In this document: positions 1-9,810 of the stretch, in pieces
Layout of the letters: each line of letters opens with the position of its first letter
Position numbering within the stretch: position 1 is the first letter of the stretch
NCBI RefSeq assembly: GCF_000354175.2
Contig: NC_022349.1
Coordinates: forward strand, 2,220,001 to 2,252,000
Reading direction: 5' to 3'
DNA length: 32,000 nt
From: Vibrio alginolyticus NBRC 15630 = ATCC 17749
Lineage (GTDB): Bacteria; Pseudomonadota; Gammaproteobacteria; Enterobacterales; Vibrionaceae
The notes under the pieces: model-generated
Told to the model about the DNA's origin: nothing
Seen by the model: the letters and a program-made list of their open reading frames with translations, nothing else
The model's database searches: none
Position numbers and translations under genes: made by a program

Positions 1-1
1 A

Positions 2-1915
2 TCTCTGCGTTATATGGCAGACTCTCACGGTACCGACAGCGCAATTGCGCACAAACTGGCTCGCGTGGCGCGTATCCACTTCTCACGCCAGAAACTGGCT
101 GCTTCAGGCCCAAACCTGCCACAACGCCAAGTGTTGTTTGCTCGTTTACTAAAATCTCCAGCTATTGAACTGGCGATTGCTGACGAAGCCAAGATCAAAA
201 ACATCTCGATTGATAAGGCACGTAAAGAAGCCCACGACATCATGGATGAAATCGCCGCCGACTTCTCCTACAGTCTAGTGAAAAACGGCGACCGCATCCT
301 GAGTTGGTTATGGACAAAACTATACCAAGGTTTGCACATCAATAACGCCTCGACTGTGCGTCGTTTAGCGCAAGACGGCCACGAAATTGTGTACGTTCCT
401 TGTCACCGTAGTCACATGGACTACCTGCTGTTGTCTTATGTTTTATACCATGAAGGCATGGTGCCTCCGCACATTGCGGCAGGCATTAACTTGAACTTCT
501 TCCCGGCCGGTCCGCTTTTCCGTCGTGGTGGGGCGTTCTTTATTCGTCGTAGTTTTAAAGGCAACAAACTGTACTCAACCATTTTCCGTGAGTATCTAGC
601 TGAGCTGTTTGCCAAAGGCTATTCAGTCGAGTACTTCAGTGAGGGTGGTCGTTCACGTACAGGTCGCTTACTGCAAGCGAAAACGGGTATGCTGGCTATG
701 ACCATCCAAGCAATGCTACGTGGTTTAAACCGCCCAGTAACGCTAGTGCCGGTCTACATCGGCTACGAGCACGTAATGGAAGTGGGCACTTACGCGAAAG
801 AGCTGCGTGGCAAACGCAAAGAGAAAGAAAACGCAGGGCTTGTACTGCGTACTCTGCGTAAACTGCGTAACTTTGGTTTGGGCTATGTGAACTTCGGTGA
901 GCCAATTCAGCTCAACCAATACTTGAACGAGCATGCTCCTGAGTGGACGAAAGACATCGACAGCATGGGTGGTAACAAACCACAATGGATGAATCCTGTG
1001 GTCAACGACCTTGCTAATAAGATGATGACGCACATCAACGATGCGGCGGCGGCAAACGCGTTGACCTTGTGTGCAACCGCACTGCTTGCTTCTCGTCAAC
1101 GTGCACTTTCTCGTGACTCGCTGATCAATCAGATCGAGTGTTACTTAAAGCTACTCAAAAATAACCCGTACTCAAGCACCTCCACTATCCCTACCGAAAG
1201 TGCTGAGGAGTTGGTCGATCATGCAATTTCGCTTGATAAGTTCGTGATTGAAACCGATAGCATGGGTGACATCATTTCGCTGGACCGTAGCCAATCGATC
1301 CTGATGACTTACTATCGCAACAACATCATTCACTTGTTCGCTCTGCCGTCATTAATTGCCCAAATGCTCATTCGTCAGCGCAACCTTTCGGTAGCCAAGA
1401 TTCAAGCGAATGTCGCGCAAATCTACCCATTCTTGAAGAAAGAGCTGTTCTTAAGTTACCAAGAAGACGAGTTAGATGAATTGGTCGTTAAAACACTGCA
1501 TGAATTTGCCGATCAGAAAATGATTAGTCTTGATGGTGATAAGCTAGAGATCAATCAATCGAACAACCAGCCTTTGGTTCTGTTAGGTCGAACGATAACT
1601 GAAACGCTGCAACGCTACTCTATCGCGATGAACTTGCTTGTTGCTTACCCTGAACTCGGTAAATCGGACCTAGAGCAGAAGAGCCAAGATATTGCTCAGC
1701 GCCTAGGGCGTTTGCACGGTATTAATGCGCCAGAATTCTTCGATAAAGGTGTGTTTACCGCGATGTTCAATACGCTCAAACAGCAAAAATACCTCGATAA
1801 CGATGGTAACTGTGACACGAAGAAAACGCAGCAATTTGCACGACTACTGTTCACTCTGCTTTATCCAGAAGTGAAACTGACGATCGAAGAGAGTATTCAC
1901 CAACTTCGGTCGTAA
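2..1915 (+). CDS. plsB: glycerol-3-phosphate 1-O-acyltransferase PlsB, 5'-truncated by the window edge
   Basis: The frame is open from nt 2, so the listed ATG at 14 is internal. It has the acyltransferase HX4D block '[13 protein letters not shown]' plus the 'FFIRRSF' and '[11 protein letters not shown]' blocks. It is convergent with ubiCA, as in E. coli. Confidence 0.95.
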   Translation, partial: SLRYMADSHGTDSAIAHKLARVARIHFSRQKLAASGPNLPQRQVLFARLLKSPAIELAIADEAKIKNISIDKARKEAHDIMDEIAADFSYSLVKNGDRILSWLWTKLYQGLHINNASTVRRLAQDGHEIVYVPCHRSHMDYLLLSYVLYHEGMVPPHIAAGINLNFFPAGPLFRRGGAFFIRRSFKGNKLYSTIFREYLAELFAKGYSVEYFSEGGRSRTGRLLQAKTGMLAMTIQAMLRGLNRPVTLVPVYIGYEHVMEVGTYAKELRGKRKEKENAGLVLRTLRKLRNFGLGYVNFGEPIQLNQYLNEHAPEWTKDIDSMGGNKPQWMNPVVNDLANKMMTHINDAAAANALTLCATALLASRQRALSRDSLINQIECYLKLLKNNPYSSTSTIPTESAEELVDHAISLDKFVIETDSMGDIISLDRSQSILMTYYRNNIIHLFALPSLIAQMLIRQRNLSVAKIQANVAQIYPFLKKELFLSYQEDELDELVVKTLHEFADQKMISLDGDKLEINQSNNQPLVLLGRTITETLQRYSIAMNLLVAYPELGKSDLEQKSQDIAQRLGRLHGINAPEFFDKGVFTAMFNTLKQQKYLDNDGNCDTKKTQQFARLLFTLLYPEVKLTIEESIHQLRS

Positions 1916-1936
1916 CCGTTTTATCTTCTTTCAATA

Positions 1937-1967
1937 AGAAAAAGGCATCCAATCGGATGCCTTTTTC
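1937..1967. terminator. bidirectional rho-independent terminator between plsB and ubiA
   Basis: Hairpin GGCATCC-aatc-GGATGCC is flanked by an A-run upstream and a T-run downstream. Confidence 0.7.
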
Positions 1968-1978
1968 TATTTCTTCGC

Positions 1979-2833
1979 TTACCAAAATGCGACCAGTAAC
2001 CCTATCGCTATCACCATGCCAACATAATTGTTGTTAAGGAAAGCCTTAAAGCACAACTCACGCTCACGGTGACGAATTAAGTGCTGCTGATAAACAAACA
2101 ACGACGCTGCAATCAAAAGGGTCCAGTAGTAACTTTGTCCCAATTGGTAGAACTGCCCTAACCAAACCAACATCGCGAGTGTAATCAGTTGCAACACACC
2201 AATAATAAGCTTGTCATGACGACCAAACAGAATTGCCGTCGATTTAATGCCAATCTTTAGATCATCATCTCGGTCTACCATCGCATATTGAGTGTCGTAC
2301 GCAATGGTCCACAAAGCATTAATGAGGAACAAAAACCAAACAATTAATGGTAATTCCCCAGTTTGTGCAGCCCACGCCATTGGAATCGCCCAGCTAAAAG
2401 CCAAGCCTAAAAATAGCTGTGGAATATGAGTGTAACGCTTCATAAATGGATAGATGAACGCCAACACAATGCCAGCGAAGGATAGCTGAATCGTCAGCGG
2501 GTTCATGGTCAGCACTAACAAAAACGAGCTGATACCCAAAACCAAAAATAATCCAATCGCTTCTTTTGCTGTCACTTTCCCTGATGGCAGTGGACGTTGC
2601 TTAGTACGCTTTACATGGCCGTCGACTTTGCGATCTGCAAAATCATTAATCACGCACCCCGCACTACGCATTAGGAAAACACCCAATACAAACACGATGA
2701 ATACATCCCAACTTGGCATTCCTTGGGCTGAGATAATTAGCGCCCAAATCGTTGGCCACATCAGTAACAGTGAACCAATCGGGCGATCCATGCGCATCAG
2801 TTGCCAATATGCTTTGGCTTTTTCTGCGGACAT
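1979..2833 (-). CDS. ubiA: 4-hydroxybenzoate polyprenyltransferase
   Basis: Polytopic membrane ORF of 284 aa with the prenyltransferase Asp-rich motifs '[10 protein letters not shown]' and 'YAMVDRDDD'. It abuts ubiC with no gap. Confidence 0.95.
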   Translation of the reverse strand: MSAEKAKAYWQLMRMDRPIGSLLLMWPTIWALIISAQGMPSWDVFIVFVLGVFLMRSAGCVINDFADRKVDGHVKRTKQRPLPSGKVTAKEAIGLFLVLGISSFLLVLTMNPLTIQLSFAGIVLAFIYPFMKRYTHIPQLFLGLAFSWAIPMAWAAQTGELPLIVWFLFLINALWTIAYDTQYAMVDRDDDLKIGIKSTAILFGRHDKLIIGVLQLITLAMLVWLGQFYQLGQSYYWTLLIAASLFVYQQHLIRHRERELCFKAFLNNNYVGMVIAIGLLVAFW

Positions 2834-3373
2834 TTACACTGTCTCCTTAGCGTAAACTGGTGAATTAGATAAGAATAACTCGGCGACTAGCATCGGTTTG
2901 TGATTCATCCACAACCTTGAGCGTCGTGCTAACAAACGTCCTTCTGGTACGGCTACCCATCCCATTTGCAAAGAGTCCCGCTCAACGTTATCTGCGCTAA
3001 ACACAGTTAGTCCTAATGGGATATCCCCTTGTTGAGCCAAATCATACTGCTGATCAACTAAGGTTGAACGAGGAATCAATGTCCGCCCAATAACCCAGTT
3101 ATTATTGTCACCGCACAAAATTACCTCTCTCAGTAAGCAATCTTGTTCGGACAATAACTGGCTTTCGTCCTGTTTTAATGTCGCTGCAGTGACGATCTGA
3201 TTTTGTAGCAATTCTACCGTTAACGCTTGGCAGTGCTGTTTTAAACGACGTGACAAAGACCCTTGCTCTTCAAGCCAATGCTTGGCAAATTCATTTGGAA
3301 ATTCGAATTCTTCGGGGTTTTGCCACTCTACTTCCAATAAAGAAGCAAGATAGAGTGATGTTGGCTGATTCAT
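2834..3373 (-). CDS. ubiC: chorismate pyruvate-lyase
   Basis: Sits directly upstream of ubiA. Length and C-terminal pattern ('RRSRLW...KPMLVAELFL') resemble UbiC. The ORF-track start at 3385 is a TTG; I used the first ATG at 3373. The start is uncertain because neither has a good SD. Confidence 0.8.
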   Translation of the reverse strand: MNQPTSLYLASLLEVEWQNPEEFEFPNEFAKHWLEEQGSLSRRLKQHCQALTVELLQNQIVTAATLKQDESQLLSEQDCLLREVILCGDNNNWVIGRTLIPRSTLVDQQYDLAQQGDIPLGLTVFSADNVERDSLQMGWVAVPEGRLLARRSRLWMNHKPMLVAELFLSNSPVYAKETV

Positions 3374-3534
3374 ACTAGTATTCAATTGGAGGCTTTATGC
3401 GTACAATAAAGCAACAACTTACCGTCCATAGTAATGTATGTAACCGTAAGTTCCGTTATTTGTTATAGACGGCCCATTGTATCAAGACTGAAGCGATTCG
3501 AATATCGCGATCCAGAGAAAGAAAAGTTAGAAAT

Positions 3535-3945
3535 ATGTACAAACGTTATATAGCCCAAATTATTTTTGCGTTAACCATACTATTCGCCGCACCAAGTTGG
3601 GCTGAAACGGAAGAAGCTGGACCTAAGTTGGCATACTTTACCCTAGAGCCTGATCTCACTACTAACTTTTACACCAAAGGCAAAAAGTTAGGTTATGTGC
3701 AAGTGCGCATCGACATCATGGTAATGAGTCAACAAGATTTATCAGTTGTTGAGCATCACCAACCTTTGATTCGCGATGCAGTGATTGAATTACTGGGTAA
3801 GCAAACAGAAGATACGATTAAGTCCCTTTCTGGCCGAGAAGATCTGCGCAAAACCTTAGTGACGACCCTCAACGAAACACTTTTGCCTGAAACAGGTAAA
3901 ACCATCATTGCCGATTTGTTGTTTACAAAATACCTTTATCAATAA
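3535..3945 (+). CDS. FliL-like (flagellar basal-body-associated family) exported protein, function unknown
   Basis: 136 aa with an N-terminal signal/anchor 'IIFALTILFAAPSWA'. The core 'YFTLEPDLTTNF...YVQVRIDIMV...LIRDAVIELL' resembles the FliL family pattern as I remember it. Confidence 0.55.
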   Translation: MYKRYIAQIIFALTILFAAPSWAETEEAGPKLAYFTLEPDLTTNFYTKGKKLGYVQVRIDIMVMSQQDLSVVEHHQPLIRDAVIELLGKQTEDTIKSLSGREDLRKTLVTTLNETLLPETGKTIIADLLFTKYLYQ

Positions 3946-3965
3946 ACCCAAATCCGTTTTGAACA

Positions 3966-3997
3966 TAAAAAAAGACCGCTCTTGAGCGGTCTTTTCA
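3966..3997. terminator. bidirectional terminator between the FliL-like gene and glpG
   Basis: Hairpin AGACCGCTC-tt-GAGCGGTCT is preceded by A7 and followed by a T-run. Confidence 0.7.
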
Positions 3998-4008
3998 TTT
4001 CATCTGCT

Positions 4009-4851
4009 TTAGGCTTGCTGTTGGTATTTCATCTTGCCTGAATCAAACAGCGCAATCGCCATCCCCGACAGTAGCCCAACTAAGTGAGCGGTGTTTGCAA
4101 TCGCCATAAATGGCTGCACAAAACCAAGAACTAACCATACCAACATAAAGACGATAATTGGCTTGGGTAACGTAAGGCCTAAATGTGGCAAGCGGTAACC
4201 CAGTATCCACAAATAACCAAGCAGTGCATAGACCACACCAGACAAGCCGCCGAAGTTAGCCCCTTCAACATAGAACTGGCCTGCCCCTGAAAGCGCTGCC
4301 GACACCACAAAGAGTTGCAATAGCTTACCGGAACCGAGACGACGTTCGATGTCGCCCCCCAACTGCCACCACCATAGTAAGTTAAACACGATGTGAGTTA
4401 CTGAAAAGTGCAGTAACGCATGACTTAGCCATCGCCACACTTGCCATTGTTGCCCCTCAAAAGCCGGGAAGTGCAACAACTTAAACACGCCATTGCCAAA
4501 GCCAAACATTTGTAACAAGTAGATGATGATACAGACTGTCATGATCAGCAAAGTCATGGGGCCAGCTTTCGCTTTGACCATGCTTATGATACTCGGGCTG
4601 GAATAATGAAATGTGCTCTTACGAGTATCGGCAACGTCCCACGAGGCGGCGCTGTATTTTGAATCAGACGGGTTAGCAAGGAACTGCTTAAGTTCGGCTT
4701 CCGCTTCTATTTCATGCTGGCTATCAGTCAGCCACAGCGCAAATTGCCCATCCCCTTCTGGCATCATTTCGATGTCAATTTGGCGAGAGGCCATATAATC
4801 AATAAAGGCTTGCGCCATACGTGGATTATTTAACGTTACCAATCTCTTCAT
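4009..4851 (-). CDS. glpG: rhomboid intramembrane serine protease GlpG
   Basis: Rhomboid motifs 'HIVFNLLWW' (HxxxN) and 'GGLSGVVYAL' (GxSG), plus a GlpG-type cytoplasmic N-domain. Its start overlaps the glpE stop (TAATG). Confidence 0.9.
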   Translation of the reverse strand: MKRLVTLNNPRMAQAFIDYMASRQIDIEMMPEGDGQFALWLTDSQHEIEAEAELKQFLANPSDSKYSAASWDVADTRKSTFHYSSPSIISMVKAKAGPMTLLIMTVCIIIYLLQMFGFGNGVFKLLHFPAFEGQQWQVWRWLSHALLHFSVTHIVFNLLWWWQLGGDIERRLGSGKLLQLFVVSAALSGAGQFYVEGANFGGLSGVVYALLGYLWILGYRLPHLGLTLPKPIIVFMLVWLVLGFVQPFMAIANTAHLVGLLSGMAIALFDSGKMKYQQQA

Positions 4852-5171
4852 TAACTTCTCACTATCGGTAGTTCTGCTCGATGCCAGGCTTCAAAGCCAC
4901 CATCTACACTGTACACCTGTTCAAAGCCTTGGTTAACCAAATATTGCGCCGCACCTTGGCTACTAATGCCGTGGTAACACATCACTAGAATAGGTTGTTC
5001 GAACTCCACTTCATCCATAAACGCAACGATCGTATCGTTAGTTAAATGATACGCGGACTCCGCATGCGCAACGGCAAACGATTGAGGGTCACGGATATCT
5101 ACAAGCTTCGCATCACCCTGCTCGAGCAGCGCTTGCGCACCTTGTACATCGATATGCTTAAACTGATCCAT
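4851..5171 (-). CDS. glpE: thiosulfate sulfurtransferase (single-domain rhodanese) GlpE
   Basis: 106 aa with the rhodanese active-site loop 'CYHGISS'. It is translationally coupled to glpG, as in the enterobacterial glpEG operon. Confidence 0.85.
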   Translation of the reverse strand: MDQFKHIDVQGAQALLEQGDAKLVDIRDPQSFAVAHAESAYHLTNDTIVAFMDEVEFEQPILVMCYHGISSQGAAQYLVNQGFEQVYSVDGGFEAWHRAELPIVRS

Positions 5172-5194
5172 TTACTTTCTCATTGTCTTATTAA

Positions 5195-5278
5195 TATACC
5201 CAAGCAACCTCGAACCTAACGTACTAATCAGCACCCGTGGTACAGCATAAAATCCATATTTGAAGCTGCTTGGGTATA
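5195..5278. repeat. 12-bp perfect inverted repeat (TATACCCAAGCA / TGCTTGGGTATA) with a 60-bp spacer, just upstream of the glpE start
   Basis: The arms were read directly at 5195-5206 and 5267-5278 and are exact reverse complements. Confidence 0.8.
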
Positions 5279-5317
5279 CTGCCGCTATTGTAACCTATCC
5301 AACGGCAAACTTAGACA

Positions 5318-5548
5318 CATGGATAATCAGGGTTTTCAAAAGTGTACACATTCCAACCATTTGTGGATAAAGCTGTGAATTGCGTTGATAAAGTGTATTT
5401 GGATCTTTTGATCCACAATATGTAGTGATGATCCTGATCTAACTGTGTGTATATCTATAGCTATCCCCAGATGGAAAAGTGCTTGAATCCCTTGTTTTGT
5501 CCGGGTTTCGAACAGTTGATAAATAATTACTTCACAGAGTTATACACA
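5318..5548. promoter_or_regulatory. cluster of DnaA-box-like 9-mers interleaved with GATC sites
   Basis: One perfect box, TGTGGATAA (= TTATCCACA on the - strand), at 5362-5370. Two one-mismatch boxes: TGATCCACA at 5409-5417 and TTATACACA at 5540-5548. Three two-mismatch boxes at 5318-5326, 5446-5454 and 5461-5469. Four GATC sites fall within 5402-5439. Confidence 0.55.
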
Positions 5549-5598
5549 GGTAGCACATAAAATCCGGATCGCAAACGCTATCGATTTTCGATCGACAA

Positions 5599-5630
5599 TA
5601 AAAAAGCCGAGATCACATGATCTCGGCTTT
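5599..5630 (-). terminator. rho-independent terminator of rpoH
   Basis: Hairpin AGCCGAGATCA-ca-TGATCTCGGCT. On the - strand it is followed by T6, 35-65 nt downstream of the rpoH stop. Confidence 0.75.
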
Positions 5631-5664
5631 CTATGAAAATCTTACTTTCAATTAGCAGTGGAAA

Positions 5665-6522
5665 TTAAAATTCACCCACGGCCAATTTTAGTTTCTTCAT
5701 TGCATTTTTTTCTAGCTGGCGAATACGCTCGGCAGAAACACCGAACTCATCAGCTAAGTCTTGCAATGTTGCTTTCTCATCATCTAACCAACGAGAACGC
5801 ACGATGCGCTGACTACGCTCATCCAAACTCGCTAATGCATGACCCAAGCGATTGTTGGTGTGCATTTCCCAGTTGGCGGCTTCAATGTTGTCGGCCACAT
5901 CAGACGATTTGTCTTCTAGGTATAGCATCGGCGCTGTGTAAGCGTTTGAACTGTCGTCTTCATCAGTTGGCATATCAAAGGTTGAATCCACCGCCGCTAA
6001 GCGTGATTCCATCTCGCGAACTTCAGAAGGCTCAACACCTAACTCGCGCGCAACGGTTTCCACTTCACCGTTGTTAAACCAACCCAAGCGCTTTTTCGAC
6101 TTACGCAGGTTGAAGAACAATTTACGTTGCGCTTTAGTGGTCGCAATTTTCACGATACGCCAGTTACGTAGCACGTATTCGTGGATCTCTGCTTTGATCC
6201 AGTGGACAGCAAAAGAAACCAAGCGAACCCCTACTTCTGGGTTAAAACGCTTAACGGCTTTCATTAGACCGATGTTACCCTCTTGCACAAGATCCGCCAT
6301 TGGCAAACCGTAGCCAGAGTAACCACGAGCAACGTGAACAACGAATCGTAGGTGCGAAAGAATTAGACCTTTTGCAGCCTCAATCTCACCTTTATAGTGT
6401 AATCGTTCTGCCAGCTCACGCTCTTCGTCTGCAGTCAGCATTGGGTAGCTGTTTACTGAGCGAATATAGCTATCAAGGCTATCTTGCGTGACTAGAGCCA
6501 TCGGATACGCTTCTTTTGTCAT
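5665..6522 (-). CDS. rpoH: RNA polymerase heat-shock sigma factor sigma-32
   Basis: 285 aa with the diagnostic RpoH box '[10 protein letters not shown]' and sigma-70 family regions 2-4. It is adjacent to ftsYEX, as in E. coli. Confidence 0.97.
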   Translation of the reverse strand: MTKEAYPMALVTQDSLDSYIRSVNSYPMLTADEERELAERLHYKGEIEAAKGLILSHLRFVVHVARGYSGYGLPMADLVQEGNIGLMKAVKRFNPEVGVRLVSFAVHWIKAEIHEYVLRNWRIVKIATTKAQRKLFFNLRKSKKRLGWFNNGEVETVARELGVEPSEVREMESRLAAVDSTFDMPTDEDDSSNAYTAPMLYLEDKSSDVADNIEAANWEMHTNNRLGHALASLDERSQRIVRSRWLDDEKATLQDLADEFGVSAERIRQLEKNAMKKLKLAVGEF

Positions 6523-6698
6523 TCAATTCCTCATCAATCTCTGATCTGGAGCATTACATTGCAATTTAGCTTCGATATCTTGAACTCAAAATGAACAAGT
6601 TTCAAGAAGGGGAAGCAATTATCCATAAACATTTGGTCTAAGCAAGGGTTCAAAATTAGCTAGTGCTAATGAAATCCAAGTAATAAGACCGCCATCAC

Positions 6699-7667
6699 TT
6701 AAACTGGTTCAATTTCTTTTAAATGTCGTTGCGCAGAAAAGCGCGCCGCAATACATCCCAAAAGACTCCCAATGATGATTAGTAACAAAGATTCATCCCA
6801 ACTTAGACCAATCAGGCGGAACTGGCTATCGTACAACGCAGCAAGGTCTTCCACCGCACTATTCATGACAATGGTCACTAAAGCCGTTACCAACCACGCA
6901 ATAGTGGCACCTAACACGCCAAACCACATACCTGTGTACAAGTAAGGGCGCAGAATGAAACTGTCCGTCGCACCGATCAGTTTCATGGTTTGAATCTCTT
7001 CTTTATTCGCCAGCACATTAAATCGCAATGTATTGCCAACGATTAAAAATACCGCACCGAGCATCAGCACTGTCAGGGTAATGACAATAATACTCGCGAG
7101 AGTTTTGATGGCATCAAGACGCGCTAGCCAGTCTTCGTCAAGTCTCACGTCGGTCACATCTTGTTGCTCTCGAACGTCTTTGGCTAATGACTGAATATCA
7201 CTTTTTAGTTCCGAATCTGGCGTAATCACCAACACACCAGGTAGCGCATAGCCACTTAAGAGGCTGATAGCTTGGTCGAACCCTGCATATTGGCTTAAAT
7301 CAGATAGACCTTGTTGCGGTGAAATATACTCTACCTCTTTTACCAAAGGCCAAGTTTCAATTTGATCTTTGAGAACCATCACTCGCGCATCCGGCATACC
7401 TTCAACTAAGTAAGCACTAACTTGTGAAGGAGAAGCGACATCTTCCGCTGCCCCCGCAACGTTTTTCCCCAATAGATACAAACAAGCTGGCATGGCAAGT
7501 GCCATGGAGATGACCGCTAGGGTCAGAATGTTGCCTAGTGGTCGTTGCCATAAGGCGCTAAAAGAGGATTTAGCTTGTTTTGCGTGGACAGAGAAAAAAC
7601 CATCGGTATTCGCACGCTTGGCACTGCGGCCTTTCCCCTTCTTTTGGGAGTGCTTGTTACCTGCCAT
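6699..7667 (-). CDS. ftsX: cell-division ABC-transporter-like permease FtsX
   Basis: 322 aa with four TM segments and a periplasmic loop. It overlaps the ftsE stop by 11 nt. Confidence 0.93.
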   Translation of the reverse strand: MAGNKHSQKKGKGRSAKRANTDGFFSVHAKQAKSSFSALWQRPLGNILTLAVISMALAMPACLYLLGKNVAGAAEDVASPSQVSAYLVEGMPDARVMVLKDQIETWPLVKEVEYISPQQGLSDLSQYAGFDQAISLLSGYALPGVLVITPDSELKSDIQSLAKDVREQQDVTDVRLDEDWLARLDAIKTLASIIVITLTVLMLGAVFLIVGNTLRFNVLANKEEIQTMKLIGATDSFILRPYLYTGMWFGVLGATIAWLVTALVTIVMNSAVEDLAALYDSQFRLIGLSWDESLLLIIIGSLLGCIAARFSAQRHLKEIEPV

Positions 7668-8331
7668 AGTCTTCTACCTCACTTAGGAAGCCTTGGTTCA
7701 ATTCAAAATGACGATACTGTGGGCGAGTGTTTACTAACCCCACATCGTGCGTGGCAAGTAGGATAGTCACGCCCGCACGGTTAAATTCTTCGAATAGACG
7801 CAACACACGGTTGGATAATTCTGGGTCAAGGTTACCCGTAGGCTCATCAGCCACCAGCAACGTTGGTCGATTAACCACAGCACGGGCAATACCGACGCGC
7901 TGTTGCTCACCACCAGAAAGTTGACTAGGTAGACAACGAGCTTTATCGAGTAAGCCCGTTTTATCTAACGCCGCAGAAACACGGCGTTTGATTTCGTTTT
8001 CAGAAATCGATTCGATACGCATTGGCAGAGCGACATTGTCGTACACACTGCGATCCATCAATAGGCGATGATCTTGAAAAACAATCCCAATATTGCGGCG
8101 CAAAAAAGGGATGTCTTTGCTTGGAATACGCGTGATGTCGTGACCATTAAAATGGATTTTGCCATCGGTTGGTCGCTCTATCGCGCAGATCAATTTCAGC
8201 AAGGTACTTTTACCAGCCCCGGAATGTCCGCCTAAAAACGCCATTTCACCGCGCCTCAGGTGAAAATCGACTTTTTGCAGTGCTTGTCGACCACCTCGGT
8301 AAGCTTTGCTTACTTGCTGAAATTTGATCAC
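7657..8331 (-). CDS. ftsE: cell-division ATP-binding protein FtsE
   Basis: Walker A 'GHSGAGKST', signature 'LSGGEQQR' and Walker B 'LLVADEP'. GTG start preceded by GAGGA 8 nt upstream. The N-terminus '[11 protein letters not shown]' parallels E. coli FtsE. Confidence 0.95.
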   Translation of the reverse strand: MIKFQQVSKAYRGGRQALQKVDFHLRRGEMAFLGGHSGAGKSTLLKLICAIERPTDGKIHFNGHDITRIPSKDIPFLRRNIGIVFQDHRLLMDRSVYDNVALPMRIESISENEIKRRVSAALDKTGLLDKARCLPSQLSGGEQQRVGIARAVVNRPTLLVADEPTGNLDPELSNRVLRLFEEFNRAGVTILLATHDVGLVNTRPQYRHFELNQGFLSEVEDYGR

Positions 8332-8353
8332 CGTTGATTTCCTCTAACTCTTT

Positions 8354-9580
8354 TTATTCTTCACGACTAAACAGTGCGTCAATAAACTCTTGAGTTTCAA
8401 ATGGACGCAAGTCTTCGATACCTTCACCCACACCAATGTAACGAATTGGAATACCGAACTGATCAGCGATAGCGAAAATTACGCCGCCCTTGGCTGTACC
8501 ATCCAGCTTAGTCAAAGTAATCCCGGTTAGAGGGGCAACATCACTGAAAAGTTTCGCTTGGCTAATGGCATTTTGTCCTGTACCTGCATCAAGCGTTAGC
8601 ATGATCTCATGTGGTGCAGAGTCATCAATTTTCTTCATCACACGTACAATCTTACGCAGCTCTTCCATTAGGTTCGCTTTGTTCTGTAGACGACCTGCTG
8701 TATCAGCAATCACCACATCCACACCACGTGCTTTTGCCGCTTCAATCGCATCATAGATAACAGAGGCACTGTCTGCGCCAGTATGTTGAGCAATCACAGG
8801 AACATTATTACGTTCACCCCACACTTGTAACTGCTCAACCGCTGCGGCACGGAAAGTATCGCCCGCTGCAAGCATCACTTTTTTGCCTTGAGTTTGGAAC
8901 TGCTTCGCTAGCTTACCGATGGTCGTGGTTTTACCCACGCCATTTACACCCACCATCAAGATGACGTAAGGCGTTTTGTTGCTATCGATTTCTAGTGGCT
9001 GTTCGACTTTAGAAAGAATCTCAGCCATTTCTTCTTTCAACAAACCATAAAGGGCTTCGCCGTCTTTCAGATCGCCACGTGTGGCTTTTTCTGTCAGGTT
9101 GTTGATAATTTTTGTTGTGGTATTCATGCCCACATCAGCAATAAGAAGTTGCTCTTCTAGCTCTTCAAATAAGTCCTCATCGATTTTCTTACCGCTGAAC
9201 AGACCGAAGAAGCCAGCACCAATATTTGCTTTTGTTCGGCTTAGGCTGCGTTTAAGACGAGCAAAAAAGCTTTCTGTTGGCTTTTCTTGTTCTTGAACAC
9301 GAGGCGCGGCCGATACGACTTCTGGCTCTTCTGCTTCTGCTTCTGCTTCTGCTTCTGCTTCTGCTTCTGCTTCTGCTGGGGCAGCCTCTGATTGTTTCGC
9401 TTCTTCTTCAAGTTCTGGCGTTGCTTCCGCTTGCTCAGCAACCGCTTCGGTTTGCTGCTCTTCAGAAGGCGCTTCCACTGCTTCTTCTTTTACTGTTTCT
9501 TCAGTTTTTGGTTTTGGGCTTTGTTCTTCGTCACCAAAACCTAGCCACGAAAGTAATCCGCGCTTCTTTTTTTCCGTCAT
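8354..9580 (-). CDS. ftsY: signal recognition particle receptor FtsY
   Basis: Acidic A-domain followed by an NG domain carrying 'GVNGVGKTTT', 'DTAGR' and 'TKLDG'. Confidence 0.95.
   Translation of the reverse strand: MTEKKKRGLLSWLGFGDEEQSPKPKTEETVKEEAVEAPSEEQQTEAVAEQAEATPELEEEAKQSEAAPAEAEAEAEAEAEAEAEEPEVVSAAPRVQEQEKPTESFFARLKRSLSRTKANIGAGFFGLFSGKKIDEDLFEELEEQLLIADVGMNTTTKIINNLTEKATRGDLKDGEALYGLLKEEMAEILSKVEQPLEIDSNKTPYVILMVGVNGVGKTTTIGKLAKQFQTQGKKVMLAAGDTFRAAAVEQLQVWGERNNVPVIAQHTGADSASVIYDAIEAAKARGVDVVIADTAGRLQNKANLMEELRKIVRVMKKIDDSAPHEIMLTLDAGTGQNAISQAKLFSDVAPLTGITLTKLDGTAKGGVIFAIADQFGIPIRYIGVGEGIEDLRPFETQEFIDALFSREE
9329..9376 (-). repeat. in-frame hexanucleotide tandem repeat: 8 perfect copies of TTCTGC (+ strand) = GCAGAA on the coding strand, encoding (Ala-Glu)8
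   Basis: Counted directly from the sequence. It lies in the FtsY acidic A-domain. Confidence 0.9.
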
Positions 9581-9810
9581 CTGGGGCTATCCTAGATTGT
9601 TCTTTTATCTATTAATGACTCTTTTTTGACAAGATTATTATCTGTCTAAAAAAGGCTAATGACAAAGTTCTGAAAACTTTCCGATTAGGTAATTCTAATC
9701 TTATTAGTGTTACACTCTGTCATCTTGAATATTCTGGGCTGTATCCAAGCTCCAAGCTCATTGCTTGGGCGATTAGATATAGTATCACTTTATTAGCGGT
9801 CAAAAAATCT

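Noticed and set aside
5658-6077. 139-aa + strand ORF (and 6071-6491 + strand ORFs) opposite rpoH
   Set aside because: They are antisense to the unambiguous sigma-32 gene. They have no SD and no recognisable motifs.
6576-6603. Sigma-E-type promoter for rpoH (GAAACTT -35-like element on the - strand)
   Set aside because: I could not find a TCAAA/TCTGA-type -10 at the required spacing of about 16 nt; only TCAAG at 13 nt. It is left uncalled.
7851-7858. E. coli-type Chi octamer (GCTGGTGG on the - strand), with another near 20969
   Set aside because: These are isolated occurrences inside genes. The Chi sequence for this organism is unknown to me, so they are not interpretable from one window.
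9241-9615. ORFs 9277-9615 (+, poly-Leu) and 9241-9441 (-, QK repeats)
   Set aside because: These are alternative-frame or antisense readings of the ftsY hexamer repeat. They are low-complexity and lie fully inside a well-supported gene.
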